A DNA stretch of 64,000 nt from Candidatus Tayloriibacteriota bacterium (GTDB taxonomy: Bacteria > Patescibacteriota > Minisyncoccia > Phycocordibacterales > PALSA-1337), in NCBI GenBank assembly GCA_943354385.1, contig CALRBR010000002.1:4208-68207 (forward strand), given 5' to 3'. The translations under genes and the position numbers were made by a program. Under the pieces are notes generated by a model. It saw only the letters and a list, made by a program, of their open reading frames with translations. It made no database searches and was not told where the DNA came from. Every line of letters starts with the position of its first letter. Positions within the stretch are counted from its first letter, which is position 1. Of this stretch, positions 1-10,923 are shown one piece after another.

Positions 1-105
1 GTAGCTGAGGCGGAGAAATTTTTCACCAGAAAAATATTCGTGCTTTCAAAAAGATGCACCAAGAAAGAATTTTTTCGTTACCCTAGCCAATAAAGTAATC
101 CCCCC

Positions 106-1779
106 ATGGTCCAATTTGACGAAGATAGACAAAAATTAAAAATAAACGATCTTCTTAAAAAAGAGGAGGAGGAGCTCGCCCAGCTTCTCGCCAGTCGCTA
201 TGGCATCAGCTACATCGACCTCCTCACCGTCGCTATCAACACCGATGCGCTCGGCCTGATCAAAGAAGAAGATGCTCACCGTGGCAAACTCGCAGCCTTT
301 GGTATGGTAGATAAAAAAATAAAAGTCGCCGTACTCTCTCCAAAATCCGATACCACAAAAGAAGTGCTGACCGAGCTGACCGAGCGTGGCTACACCACTC
401 AAATATTTATGTCGAGCACCGCGAGTCTTGAAAAAGCATGGAACACCTACAAAGACGTGGCCTTTGCACACGAAACCAAAGCCGGCGCACTAGAAATTTC
501 CAACCAACAAATCCTCGAGGTGATCAACCAGGTCAAATCTGTGGGAGACATCAAAAAACTCATTGAAGATCTCCTTGCTTCAAATAAATCTTACCGTATT
601 TCCAAAATCCTCGAAATTATTCTCGCTGGTTCCCTTTCTATCGGTGCCTCCGACGTGCATATCGAGCCCGAGGAGAAAATTGTCCGCATTCGCTACCGTC
701 TCGACGGAGTGCTCACCGAAATCCTCACCTTTGACTCCGAAACATTCGGCCTCCTCCTCTCACGTATCAAACTTCTCTCGGGATTAAAGCTAAACATCAA
801 ACAGGACGCGCAAGACGGCCGCTTCAGTATTAAGCTCTTAGAGAGCGACATCGAAATCCGTACCTCCGTCCTCCCTGGTGCCTACGGCGAGTCTATCGTG
901 CTCCGAGTACTCAATCCAAAAAACATTGCCGTTCCACTTGAGGAGCTCGGCATTCATCCAAAACTCTTAAAATTACTAGAGCAAGAGACCGAGCGCCCAG
1001 ACGGTATGATTCTGACCACAGGGCCTACCGGCTCTGGAAAGACCACCACACTCTACGCTTTTTTGCGCCGGGTTTATAGTCCAGGTATTAAAATCATCAC
1101 TATCGAGGACCCTATCGAATACCACCTTCCAGGCATCGTGCAAACACAGACCAACGACAAAGGCTACAACTTCCTCGATGGCCTCCGTTCAGCCCTCCGC
1201 CAGGATCCAGACGTGATCATGGTGGGAGAAATCCGAGATGCTGAGACTGCTGCTATCGCGATAAACTCAGCTCAGACTGGCCACCTCGTTTTCTCGACTC
1301 TCCACACCAACAACGCCGCCGGTGCCTTTCCCCGCTTGATCGACCTCAAAATCAATCCGAAGGTGCTCACTTCGGCCATCAACATTTCCCTCGCCCAGCG
1401 CCTCCTCAGAAAGCTCTGTATTCATTGTAAAAAAGAGGTGTTGATCGAGGGCGATGCAAAAATAATTATCGATAAAGTAATAGCGACTCTCCCACCAGAC
1501 GAAAGGTTTCAGCTCAGAAATACTTCCAAGATGTGGGTACCTGCTGGCTGTGAAAAATGTAACTCGACCGGATACAAAGGGCGTATCGGTATTTATGAAG
1601 CGATTCTTACTGACGAGGCCGTCGAACAGGTTGTCATAAACAATCCAAGTGAACGAGAAATAAAAAAGGCCGCGATACCCCAGGGCATCCTCACTATGGA
1701 GCAAGACGGCGTGATTAAAATCCTCTCTGGTGTTACTGCACTCGATGAGCTCGCCAGAGTAATAGATGTGACGGAGTAA
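106..1779 (+). CDS. GspE/PilB-family secretion/pilus assembly ATPase
   Basis: 557-aa ORF. N-terminal GspII_E-like region, Walker A GPTGSGKTT, conserved Asp/His boxes, C-terminal CxxC...CxxC zinc motif. Confidence 0.85.
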   Translation: MVQFDEDRQKLKINDLLKKEEEELAQLLASRYGISYIDLLTVAINTDALGLIKEEDAHRGKLAAFGMVDKKIKVAVLSPKSDTTKEVLTELTERGYTTQIFMSSTASLEKAWNTYKDVAFAHETKAGALEISNQQILEVINQVKSVGDIKKLIEDLLASNKSYRISKILEIILAGSLSIGASDVHIEPEEKIVRIRYRLDGVLTEILTFDSETFGLLLSRIKLLSGLKLNIKQDAQDGRFSIKLLESDIEIRTSVLPGAYGESIVLRVLNPKNIAVPLEELGIHPKLLKLLEQETERPDGMILTTGPTGSGKTTTLYAFLRRVYSPGIKIITIEDPIEYHLPGIVQTQTNDKGYNFLDGLRSALRQDPDVIMVGEIRDAETAAIAINSAQTGHLVFSTLHTNNAAGAFPRLIDLKINPKVLTSAINISLAQRLLRKLCIHCKKEVLIEGDAKIIIDKVIATLPPDERFQLRNTSKMWVPAGCEKCNSTGYKGRIGIYEAILTDEAVEQVVINNPSEREIKKAAIPQGILTMEQDGVIKILSGVTALDELARVIDVTE

Positions 1780-1882
1780 TTTCTTTACTCTCCCATATCC
1801 CCAAAATAAAATTGACAGGTCTACAAAAGCGGAGTACCCTTTTCTTTGGTAAAAAGCTCCAGTTAAAAAAACTAAACATATT

Positions 1883-2116
1883 ATGGCCATCAAAGAACTG
1901 TTCGACATTGCTAAGAAAATCATCGTTTGCAAAAAGTCCAAACGACTGATCTTGGAACCCGCCGTCCGTCTGAAGGACAATCTCACAGATGAAACGGTCT
2001 TTGCGGAATGTGTTTCCCTGAGGCGTAAGGATAATCCTCACATCCGTCTGCGCGACAACACCAGAGTTACACCACGCTGGATGCCTCTCTCGGAATTCAA
2101 GCCCGCCACCAAGTGA
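1883..2116 (+). CDS. hypothetical small protein (weak)
   Basis: 77-aa ORF in an otherwise non-coding ~0.9-kb gap. TTGACA-like -35 at 1813. No recognisable domain. Confidence 0.2.
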   Translation: MAIKELFDIAKKIIVCKKSKRLILEPAVRLKDNLTDETVFAECVSLRRKDNPHIRLRDNTRVTPRWMPLSEFKPATK

Positions 2117-2721
2117 TCAGACCTCCCCACACAAACGAGTGTGCTGGATTTTTATTTTGTAAAAAACTTTTCCTCAACAAGAACCATCAAACCATCTCTG
2201 TCAATTGTATTTTTCTGAAAGAGGAGTACTATTTTAAGTAGAAGTTTGTTTTGGTAGGTCAGAAAAATCTGTCGAAGGCGCATGTTTATAGGAGGCTTCG
2301 GAGACGGGTAGTCGAGACTTGAGAAATTTTTCACCAGAAAAATATTCGTACTCCTAGAAACATGTGCCGAGAAAAGATTTTCCTGACCCACCAAACGAAA
2401 ACCGTCCGCCAAAGGCGGACGGTCAGTTCCAGGTCATAATTCTCTAAGCAATACTTTTAATACGGATACCAAAAGCTAAGCAAGTTTCCTAGGATAACCC
2501 CAGAAAGGTTACCGAAGTAACAACCAGAATGTCCTGAGATAAGAGTCAGTAAAGCCCCGCGAAGGACTCAATTGCTTAGAGATCTATGACTTGGAATTTC
2601 AAAGCCTTAATGAAAAGTGTTTTTGAGCATAAAAAAACAGCTCGTGAACAGGGGCGCAACTCCATTTGATGCGCACCCTTATTTAAGGCTCTACCCCTTA
2701 GTCTAGCATACAATAGTTTTA

Positions 2722-3747
2722 ATGTCAAGTACCTCCCCTCACAATTCTCCTACTCCAGAAAAAGACGGCTCGGTTGAGGCGTATCTTGACCAGACCCTCC
2801 GGCCCGACAAATGGGCTGAATACATTGGTCAGAAAAATATCAAGGATAATCTCCACATCCTTCTCACTGCAGCCAAGGGACGCAAACACCCTCCAGAACA
2901 CATCCTTTTCTACGGTCCCCCAGGTCTCGGCAAGACAACGCTCGCGCATCTTATCGCAAAAGAGACTGGAGCGCAAATCAAAATCACCTCAGGTCCTGCT
3001 ATAGAAAAAGTCGGGGACCTCGCATCGATCCTCACCAACCTTTCCCACGGAGATATTTTATTTATTGATGAGATCCACCGCCTAAACAAAACCATCGAGG
3101 AGGTGCTTTACCCTGCTATGGAGTCTGGCTCGCTCGATATCATCATCGGCAAGGGCCCATCTGCTCGCACCATCCAGCTCGAGCTCCCTGCCTTTACTTT
3201 GATCGCTGCGACCACTCGTATCGCCATGCTCTCTTCCCCACTACGCTCACGATTTGGTGGTGGAGTATTTCGTCTCGAGTTTTATAGCCAAGACGAGATC
3301 GAGCAAATCATTGCTCGGTCGGCTCAGATTTTAAAAATTAAACTGGAGAAAGATGGGGCGCAACAGATTGCGAAAAGAAGCCGTTTTACTCCTCGTACTG
3401 CCAATTATTTCCTCAAACGTTGCCGAGATTTTGCCGAAGTACATGGCACGGGAGTACTCGATAAAACAAGTGTCGAAAAAGCCCTCTCGCTCCTCGGAGT
3501 AGACAATGTCGGCCTCACTTCATCAGATACAGCACTTCTCAAAACCATGATTGAAAAGTTTGGTGGTGGTCCTGTCGGTCTCAACACTATCGCAGCAGCA
3601 CTTTCCGAAGAGCAGTCTACCGTGGAGGAAGTGCACGAACCATACTTGATTCAGCTCGGCTTTCTCGAACGTACTCCGAGGGGGCGCACTGTCACCACCA
3701 AAGCCTACGAGCATTTGCACATCAAGGGTTCGCCGAAGTTGATTTAA
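2722..3747 (+). CDS. ruvB: Holliday junction branch-migration helicase RuvB
   Basis: 341 aa. Walker [10 protein letters not shown], RuvB-typical AAA+ and C-terminal winged-helix region. Confidence 0.9.
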   Translation: MSSTSPHNSPTPEKDGSVEAYLDQTLRPDKWAEYIGQKNIKDNLHILLTAAKGRKHPPEHILFYGPPGLGKTTLAHLIAKETGAQIKITSGPAIEKVGDLASILTNLSHGDILFIDEIHRLNKTIEEVLYPAMESGSLDIIIGKGPSARTIQLELPAFTLIAATTRIAMLSSPLRSRFGGGVFRLEFYSQDEIEQIIARSAQILKIKLEKDGAQQIAKRSRFTPRTANYFLKRCRDFAEVHGTGVLDKTSVEKALSLLGVDNVGLTSSDTALLKTMIEKFGGGPVGLNTIAAALSEEQSTVEEVHEPYLIQLGFLERTPRGRTVTTKAYEHLHIKGSPKLI

Positions 3748-3767
3748 CTACGAGCTATATAAAACAA

Positions 3768-3800
3768 AATCCCCCGCACTAGTGTGCGGGGGATTTTTTT
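3768..3800. terminator. bidirectional rho-independent terminator
   Basis: Hairpin cccccgcactagtgtgcggggg flanked by A-run and T-run. Same GC-clamp hairpin family recurs at 42961-43004, 47941-47985 and 63868-63900. Confidence 0.6.
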
Positions 3801-3802
3801 AA

Positions 3803-3880
3803 CTATCTCTTCTTAGAAGTCTTCTTTGCTGTCTTTCGTTTAGCGGTCTTCTTTGTCTTCTTTGCAACTTTCTTTGCCAT
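3803..3880 (-). CDS. 25-aa Lys/Ala-rich peptide MAKKVAKKTKKTAKRKTAKKTSKKR (speculative)
   Basis: ATG..TAG ORF convergent with ruvB, sharing its terminator. AT-rich promoter-like upstream region. Below the ORF-track length cutoff. Confidence 0.25.
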   Translation of the reverse strand: MAKKVAKKTKKTAKRKTAKKTSKKR

Positions 3881-4126
3881 GTGAGTTTGAATATAAATAT
3901 TAAGATGCGTTTCGAAATAAAAGTATACAAACTATTTTCTCCGACCTTAGCACACGCTAAAATAAAAAATAATTTACATTGACTAAACACATTATGTGCT
4001 TATCTACAGAAAATACAATGGAAAAATATCTCTAAGCTGTGGACAACTTTAAAAAACTTGTAGTCTACCGACTTGCGTTTAGAGCATGAAAATTATAAGC
4101 TAGAAATACACACCACCATAAACACC

Positions 4127-4657
4127 ATGTCCGGACATAATAAATATTCAAAAATAAAACATCAGAAAGCTAAAACTGATGCACAAAAGAGTAAAATCTT
4201 TACCAAAATGGTGCGCTTGATCAGTGTAGAGGCCAAAAAAGCTAAGGGTAATCTGAGCTCGCCAGGATTACGTGCAGCGATTGAAAAAGCCAAGACTTTT
4301 AATACTCCCAACGACACGATCGACCGAGCGGTGAAAAAAGCTAGTACCGATAACACCGCCGTCATGGATGCTGTGACCTATGAATCATACGGCCCTGGGG
4401 GATGTGCGCTGATTATTGAGGCACTGACAGACAACCGCAACAAAGCTGCCCAGGAAGTAAAGTTTATTTTGAGTAAACACGGATCGGAGCTCGCCGGTAT
4501 GGGTAGTGCGACTTGGGCGTTTCAAAGGTCTCACGAGGGATGGACCCCTACTACCACCGTGCCCCTTTCTGAAGAAGATGGGGTAAAACTCTCTGCGCTC
4601 ATAGACGAGCTTGAAGAGAATGATGAGGTGCAGGAGGTGTTCACCAATGCGAACTAA
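4127..4657 (+). CDS. YebC/PmpR-family DNA-binding regulatory protein
   Basis: Starts MSGHNKYSKIKHQK, the family signature (MAGHSKW.NIKHRK). Lies between ruvB and ruvC as in many bacteria. The track ORF 4073 start is probably too far upstream. Confidence 0.75.
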   Translation: MSGHNKYSKIKHQKAKTDAQKSKIFTKMVRLISVEAKKAKGNLSSPGLRAAIEKAKTFNTPNDTIDRAVKKASTDNTAVMDAVTYESYGPGGCALIIEALTDNRNKAAQEVKFILSKHGSELAGMGSATWAFQRSHEGWTPTTTVPLSEEDGVKLSALIDELEENDEVQEVFTNAN

Positions 4658-4770
4658 ACTAAATTAGTAAATTTGGTTTAGTTCGCACATTTTACTAAAA
4701 ATGTTTTAGGCGTAGCAAGCACAGAATCCCCGCGCCGTAATCGGCACGGGGATTCTGATATACTTATCCT

Positions 4771-5253
4771 ATGAGAATTTTATCCATCGACCCAGGCTAC
4801 GAAAGACTCGGTATCGCCATCATCGAGAAAAACCCGGGCAACAAAAAAGAAACTCTGCTCTATTCAGACTGTTTTAAAACGAGTGCTAAGCTGGCTTTTG
4901 TCACACGTCTCGCCCAGATAGGAAAAGAACTCGAGAGACTAATAGATGAATACCAACCAAAGGCCCTCGCCATCGAATCCCTCTTTTTTACCAATAACCA
5001 GAAGACGGCCATGCGCGTCTCCGAGGCGCGAGGAGTGATTATCTACACCATGGCTTCTCAAGGATTTCCCATCCACGAATATACCCCTCTCCAGATAAAG
5101 GTCGCTGTCACCGGTCATGGAAAAAGTGACAAAAAACAAGTAATCGGTATGGTTCCTCGCCTGATCGATATCAAAAAAGAAATTGCTCATGACGACGAAT
5201 ACGATGCGATAGCCATCGGCCTTACCTGTATCGCCTCCGAGTATCGCCGGTAG
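4771..5253 (+). CDS. ruvC: crossover junction endodeoxyribonuclease RuvC
   Basis: 160 aa. MRILSIDPGYERLGIAII N-terminus with catalytic Asp. RNase H-like fold. Confidence 0.9.
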   Translation: MRILSIDPGYERLGIAIIEKNPGNKKETLLYSDCFKTSAKLAFVTRLAQIGKELERLIDEYQPKALAIESLFFTNNQKTAMRVSEARGVIIYTMASQGFPIHEYTPLQIKVAVTGHGKSDKKQVIGMVPRLIDIKKEIAHDDEYDAIAIGLTCIASEYRR

Positions 5254-5438
5254 GTCTTTTTTAGCGATTCCGCTAGTCCGACTATCATCAAATGAGCACT
5301 TCAAAGGCTAAACACAATGTTTAGCCTTTGAAAGAGGCTCTACAGAGCCATTTTTAAATATACCGCTTATTTCCACAAGTTATCCACAGGTATGGCAAAA
5401 ATAGACGAGTTGCAAAAAATCTATAATTTGTTAAAAAT

Positions 5439-5696
5439 ATGAAATCTAGGATTTTAAATAGGCCATGTGTCTGCAAATCCAACGAAGCAAACATTATCAT
5501 CAATAACGCAACAATGAAGAAGAAAATCGCTACAAAAGAAAAAATCGTTGAGAAAACCAAACCAGAAAAACCTCTTATCGAGGAGGAAGAGCTTGAGGAA
5601 AAGCGTTCAGAGGAACCAAACCCAGAAGAGCTCTCTGACGCCAGCGATGATGAGGGCTTTGTGGAAGATTCGTACGAGGACGTTTCGGATTTCTAA
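5439..5696 (+). CDS. small acidic low-complexity protein (hypothetical)
   Basis: 85-aa ORF with Glu/Asp-rich C-terminus. TATAAT at 5426-5431 places the TSS at the ATG (possible leaderless mRNA). DnaA box at 5380-5388 upstream. Confidence 0.3.
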   Translation: MKSRILNRPCVCKSNEANIIINNATMKKKIATKEKIVEKTKPEKPLIEEEELEEKRSEEPNPEELSDASDDEGFVEDSYEDVSDF

Positions 5697-5798
5697 ATAA
5701 AATTCTCACGAGAGCAGTTCCTGAGAGACCTCAAAAAAATTACTCGCTCCCCCGACTCTACATCTACGCCATGGCGTAGATGTTATTTTGGGAGACAC

Positions 5799-6551
5799 CT
5801 ATAGTCGATCGGCCAAATGTACAGCATTAAATCGAATAGCGTCCAAAAAATCATCACCATGGGCCTCCTTAAACTGCTCCTCGGTGATCTCTTTTTCTGT
5901 AATAATCTTTTCTACAATGGCCAAAGAGTGCTGATATACTTCCACTAGCCTTGGCTTACCCACAGATTCTGCGTACTTTGCAAACGCACTCAGTTGAATT
6001 CTTATTTCCTCCAAAATCTTCACCTGTGCAGGATGTTCCGCCAGAGCTTTTTGATCTTTTTGCGTCCAGGCTTTTATCATGCTAAAAAGTGTCGGCCTGT
6101 CCACCGCAATCACCACACTTGGAATCAGACTTTTTTCTCCTTTAAAGTTTCCTGCGTCGGTTGCAAAGTATTTAATTTTAGTCAGCTCCCCCGTATCAAT
6201 CGATTTCTTAATATGAGCAAATTTATCACCAAAATGTCCACTGATAGTGACGTCCATCGCCAGTGCCAAGTGAGATGTTGAGGTAGGACTCTCTTCGATT
6301 TCGACAATACAATCAACTTTATTTATAATATCATCATAGTCAGATGGCTGAATCGTATTCGCATTTTCACCTAGCCAATTACTCAGCTCAATCTGCTCAA
6401 AAATAATCGCCTCAAATATTTCCCCCAATTTTGCAGATTCCACTTCTTCTGGACTCGATCCAACAGCATCTCTTTTAAATTTTTCTTTCAATTTATCGAC
6501 GTAGGCCTGATCCTCTTCCCAATCACGGTAATTGGGAAAATCTTCTAGCAA
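5799..6551 (-). CDS. hypothetical protein
   Basis: 250-aa ORF with coding-like composition. No recognisable motif. Confidence 0.5.
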   Translation of the reverse strand: MLEDFPNYRDWEEDQAYVDKLKEKFKRDAVGSSPEEVESAKLGEIFEAIIFEQIELSNWLGENANTIQPSDYDDIINKVDCIVEIEESPTSTSHLALAMDVTISGHFGDKFAHIKKSIDTGELTKIKYFATDAGNFKGEKSLIPSVVIAVDRPTLFSMIKAWTQKDQKALAEHPAQVKILEEIRIQLSAFAKYAESVGKPRLVEVYQHSLAIVEKIITEKEITEEQFKEAHGDDFLDAIRFNAVHLADRL

Positions 6552-6694
6552 AATTGGGTTTAAAAGGACTTTTTCGCCCTTTTGTGTGCCTCATCAATCT
6601 CTCTCGGACTTACATATATTTCTTCCTGATGTTCCCTTGAAAATTCATACTTATTCATAATTGTTGTTTGATTAAATTGTCATTAAACCTATGG

Positions 6695-7912
6695 CTACTT
6701 AACCATCACCTTCAAAAATCTTTTCTTTCCTATTTTAAGAGTTACATCTTTTGTAACCATAAAATCAGCGCTTATAATAGCCTCCCCGCGCACTTCACTG
6801 ACCGCGCCTTCTTCCACCAAACGACGGAACTCTGTTTTTGACTTTACCACACCGTTTGCAAGTAACACATCCACCAAAGCTGTTCCTGATGTCACCCCCA
6901 CCTCTTGAGTATCGTCTGGTATGCCTCCCTTTTTAAAGGTATTTTCAAAATTGATCACTGCTGCCTCGGCAAAAGCGCTTCCGTGATAGAGTTCCACGAT
7001 TTCCTTTGCCAAGCACACTTTTAGATTCCGCGGGTTTTCCCCTCCCGTCAAACTTTTTTCCATTTCAGCAATTTCAGCAAGAGAAACGTCGGTACATAGT
7101 AAAAAATACTTAGTAATCAATTCGTCCCGCAAAGACATCACTTTACCAAACATCTCGTTTGGCGCATCGGTAATGTTGATCACGTTACCCCAGCTCGAAG
7201 ACATCTTTCGGCCATCGGTCCCTTCGAGCATCTGAGTGGTCAAAATATCCTGCTCGGGCATGGCATACTGTTTTTGGATAAGTCTTCCCGCCTTGAGATT
7301 GAAAAGCTGGTCAAAACCGCCGATCTCAATATCTGCCTTTACCGCCACCGAGTCGTAGCCCTGCATGAGTGGATACATAAACTCTCGCAGAGACACCTCT
7401 TCTCCTTTATCAAATCGGTCTTTAAAATTTCTCCGCGCTGACATTTGCTGTACTGAAAAAGTTTCAGCGAGACGGCAAATTTCCGCAAAACCAAGCTTTG
7501 CGAGCCAGTCGCTATTGTATACAAACTCGGCCCGATCCACATTGATCACCTTTCCAATAATTTCTTTGTAGTTTTTGAGATTCTCGGTGACCTTGCTCGC
7601 GTCGAGCATGGGGCGTTTATCGAGTTTGTCGGACGCATCCCCTATCTGCGCTGTAAAGTCCCCAACAATAAGCACCGCGATGTGTCCAAGGTCTTGGAAT
7701 TTGCGAAGTTTATGTAAAAGAGTCGCTCGGCCTAGGTGGATGGAGGCACTAGTTGGGTCAATCCCGAGCTTTACTCGCAACACCTTGCCCGAAAGCAACT
7801 TTTTTCGGAGACTTTCTTTGACAAACACGTCCTCAACACCACGAGTCAATATTTCGTCCACTTTTACTTCATTAGTATCGACAATGTCTGGTTTCCTACC
7901 AAATAATTTCAT
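6695..7912 (-). CDS. tyrS: tyrosyl-tRNA synthetase
   Basis: 405 aa. Class I HIGH-region (GIDPTSASIHLG), KMSKS-like KMSSS, C-terminal S4-like domain. Confidence 0.9.
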   Translation of the reverse strand: MKLFGRKPDIVDTNEVKVDEILTRGVEDVFVKESLRKKLLSGKVLRVKLGIDPTSASIHLGRATLLHKLRKFQDLGHIAVLIVGDFTAQIGDASDKLDKRPMLDASKVTENLKNYKEIIGKVINVDRAEFVYNSDWLAKLGFAEICRLAETFSVQQMSARRNFKDRFDKGEEVSLREFMYPLMQGYDSVAVKADIEIGGFDQLFNLKAGRLIQKQYAMPEQDILTTQMLEGTDGRKMSSSWGNVINITDAPNEMFGKVMSLRDELITKYFLLCTDVSLAEIAEMEKSLTGGENPRNLKVCLAKEIVELYHGSAFAEAAVINFENTFKKGGIPDDTQEVGVTSGTALVDVLLANGVVKSKTEFRRLVEEGAVSEVRGEAIISADFMVTKDVTLKIGKKRFLKVMVK

Positions 7913-8117
7913 CCCATTACTCTATCACAATTCGCAGATTTACGAAATTCGTTGAAGATGTGTCTTTTTAGTAGGGTTCACAGGCGGGTAGCCGGGATTT
8001 CAGAAAAATTCTATCAGGAATTTATTCGTACTACTAAAAAAATATCGAGAAAGAATTTCTTAAATCTTAAGTCCTAATTCTTAAATAAAGCCAAAAATAT
8101 GCTATTATGGTATCACT

Positions 8118-10718
8118 GTGAAAAAAATAAAACACCCCCTACAGCACACCGTGTCCCATCATTATCACAAGGTGGTAGGTTCAATAAAAAACCAAAGGCA
8201 CTTTGTCAAAAAACATCTACCTAAGGTAAAACATGGGGTAGTTTTAGCCATCTCATCTGGTTTTGTACTGCTCGGTCTTTTCGCCATCTGGGTTTCTACC
8301 TTCAAAATTCCTGACTTCAAATCTTTTGATGCTCGAAAAATTGTTGAGTCGACAAAGATCTACGACCGGACAGGTGAAATCCTCCTCTACGACATCAATC
8401 AAGGCACCAAACGTACCATCGTGCCTTTTGAGGACATTTCCCGCAATCTCAAAAACGCCACGGTAGCCATAGAGGACTCTGAATTCTACCAGCACCTCGG
8501 CATTCAACCAAAAGCGATTGCTCGAGCAATACTCGTAAACCTAAGACTCAAAGATGGTATTGTTGGCCAAGGAGGTTCAACTATCACTCAACAGGTAGTT
8601 AAAAACACCATCCTTACTGGAGACAAAACTATCACCCGCAAACTCAAGGAGTGGATTTTGTCTCTCAAACTCGAACGAGTAATGTCTAAGGAGCAAATCT
8701 TGGCCCTTTACCTAAACGAAACCCCTTACGGTGGTAATATTTACGGCGTGGAAGAAGCGAGCCGAGCTTTTTTTGGTAAGAAATCAAACAATGTTACTAT
8801 CGCAGAGGCTGCCTACATAGCCGCCCTTCCACAAGCCCCTTCTTTTTATTCACCCTACGGACAAAATAAGGAACGGCTAGAGGTACGTAAAAATTTTGTT
8901 CTGCGACGAATGCTCGATAACAAATTTATCTTATTAGAGGATTATAAAAAAGCCCTTGAAGAAAAAGTTACTTTTTCACAGAAGGACAACAAAAATATTC
9001 GTGCTCCTCATTTTGTTTTTTTCATAAAGGACTATCTTGATAATAAATATGGCGAGCGCGTTGTTGGAGAAGGGGGTTTTAAAGTTATCACGTCGCTCGA
9101 CTATCCCCTCCAACAGAAAGCTGAGGAGCTGGCAAAGAAACACTCCGACCGCATTCAAGCTGAATTCAAAGGAGACAATGTTGCACTGGTAGCGATCGAC
9201 CCAAAAACCGGCCAGATCCTTTCGATGGTCGGCTCGCGAGACTATTTTGACACAAAAATTGATGGAAACTTTAATGTAGCTACTGCTCACAGACAGCCTG
9301 GCTCTTCCTTCAAGCCGTTCATATACGCGACAGCTTTCAAAAAAGGTTACACTCCCGAGACAGTGGTATTTGATGTGGAAACCGAGTTTTCACTTGAGTG
9401 TGGTGCTGATGGATCCACCACCACCCCAGCGGCCATTTGCTACTCACCAAAAAACTTTGACAATCGTTTCAGGGGGCCTATGACTCTCCGTAGTGCACTC
9501 GGACAGTCCATAAACATTCCCGCCATCAAAACACTTTACCTCGCTGGACTTATAGACTCTCTCCAGACCGCAAGGGACATGGGTATTGAAAGCCTTTCTG
9601 ATTCAAATCGTTATGGCCTTACCTTGGTACTTGGAGGTGGTGAGGTTAGCCCACTTGAGATGGCTGGTGCTTATGGTGTTTTTGCAAATAACGGCATCCG
9701 CAACCCTTCTACTGGAATAATTCGGATCGAGGATGGTCGGGGAAACATTATTGAAAGTTTTGAACCAAAACCCTCAGTGGTTCTCACTGAAAATGTCGCC
9801 TTACAAATATCTGACATTCTCTCTGATGATACAGCTAGGACGCCTGCATTTAGGCCTCGCTCATCTCTATATTTTTCCGGGCGACATGATGTTGCTGTAA
9901 AAACAGGTACTACAAACGACTCTAAGGATGCCTGGATTGTGGGTTATACACCAAATATTGCAGTGAGCATTTGGGCAGGAAACAATAGTGGTTTACCTAT
10001 GGAACAACATGTTGCGAGCACTATAGTTTCTGGGTTTTTTCACGAATTTATTAGTGAGGTGATACGAGGTACTCCAGACCAACCGTTTAAAAAACCACAA
10101 TCCTCCCCCGATGGATTGAAGCCTGTACTTAGAGGGATTTGGCAGGGTGGACAAACCTATATCACCGACAGTGTTTCAGGCAAGCTTGCCACTGACAGTA
10201 CCCCCCAAGAAACACAAGTGGAAAATGTCTTTACACAGATACATGATATTTTATATTGGATAAATAAAAACGATCCAAACGGACCAATTCCTACAAACCC
10301 AAATGATGATCCTCAGTTTGATCATTGGGAGTATGGTGTGCGGGAGTGGGTGAAAAAACACAAAATACCAGAAGAGGCCACCTCATCTATACCAGTTCTC
10401 TACGACAACATACATGTAGTAGAAAATGTGCCGAGGGTGACAATTACCTTTCCTAAATTGGGAAAAATCTATCCAAGTAACTCAAAAATGACGATTGACA
10501 TAGAGACTTCTGGTAAATTCCCTGTTACCAAAGCCGACTTCTTTATAAATGGCGATCGTATCGGTGGAGTTGACCAACCACCACTCAATTTTTCTTTTAT
10601 TCCTGAAGGGATAGATAATATTCAAAGTGAGAATGATTTACAAGTTGTGGTGTACGACAGCGTATTTAATAAAGCTGAGGTGACACAAAAATTACTTCTA
10701 AATACTGCTCGTCAATAG
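8118..10718 (+). CDS. class A penicillin-binding protein (transglycosylase/transpeptidase)
   Basis: 866 aa. N-terminal TM, GT51 motifs (EDSEFYQH, GGSTITQQ), transpeptidase SSFKP, SxN and KTG motifs. Confidence 0.9.
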   Translation: MKKIKHPLQHTVSHHYHKVVGSIKNQRHFVKKHLPKVKHGVVLAISSGFVLLGLFAIWVSTFKIPDFKSFDARKIVESTKIYDRTGEILLYDINQGTKRTIVPFEDISRNLKNATVAIEDSEFYQHLGIQPKAIARAILVNLRLKDGIVGQGGSTITQQVVKNTILTGDKTITRKLKEWILSLKLERVMSKEQILALYLNETPYGGNIYGVEEASRAFFGKKSNNVTIAEAAYIAALPQAPSFYSPYGQNKERLEVRKNFVLRRMLDNKFILLEDYKKALEEKVTFSQKDNKNIRAPHFVFFIKDYLDNKYGERVVGEGGFKVITSLDYPLQQKAEELAKKHSDRIQAEFKGDNVALVAIDPKTGQILSMVGSRDYFDTKIDGNFNVATAHRQPGSSFKPFIYATAFKKGYTPETVVFDVETEFSLECGADGSTTTPAAICYSPKNFDNRFRGPMTLRSALGQSINIPAIKTLYLAGLIDSLQTARDMGIESLSDSNRYGLTLVLGGGEVSPLEMAGAYGVFANNGIRNPSTGIIRIEDGRGNIIESFEPKPSVVLTENVALQISDILSDDTARTPAFRPRSSLYFSGRHDVAVKTGTTNDSKDAWIVGYTPNIAVSIWAGNNSGLPMEQHVASTIVSGFFHEFISEVIRGTPDQPFKKPQSSPDGLKPVLRGIWQGGQTYITDSVSGKLATDSTPQETQVENVFTQIHDILYWINKNDPNGPIPTNPNDDPQFDHWEYGVREWVKKHKIPEEATSSIPVLYDNIHVVENVPRVTITFPKLGKIYPSNSKMTIDIETSGKFPVTKADFFINGDRIGGVDQPPLNFSFIPEGIDNIQSENDLQVVVYDSVFNKAEVTQKLLLNTARQ

Positions 10719-10726
10719 GGAGAATC

Positions 10727-10778
10727 TGGCAGGAAAACACCCCACGGCGTACTCGCCGTGGGGTGTTTTCCTGCCAGA
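10727..10778. terminator. long GC-rich hairpin (terminator-like)
   Basis: ctggcaggaaaacaccccacggcg / cgccgtggggtgttttcctgccag, ~22-bp stem directly after the PBP stop. Confidence 0.5.
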
Positions 10779-10923
10779 AAAGCCATTTTGCCTATTTTTA
10801 CGAAATGGCTCTATAGAGCCAAGCTAAACGGCTAAACGTCACGTTTAGCCGTTTAGCTTGTGTAGCCTGGGCCATAAATTTTCAGTAGAAAATTTATGGG
10901 GTTAAGTTATACCGAGCCTATAA

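Noticed and set aside
136-471. Antisense ORFs inside well-supported genes
   Set aside because: Examples include 136-471, 1267-1986, 4939-5304, 8253-8507, 13580-13789, 26634-26972, 28782-29297, 32396-32677 and 40605-40931. All lie fully within strongly supported CDS on the other strand, and none has independent signals.
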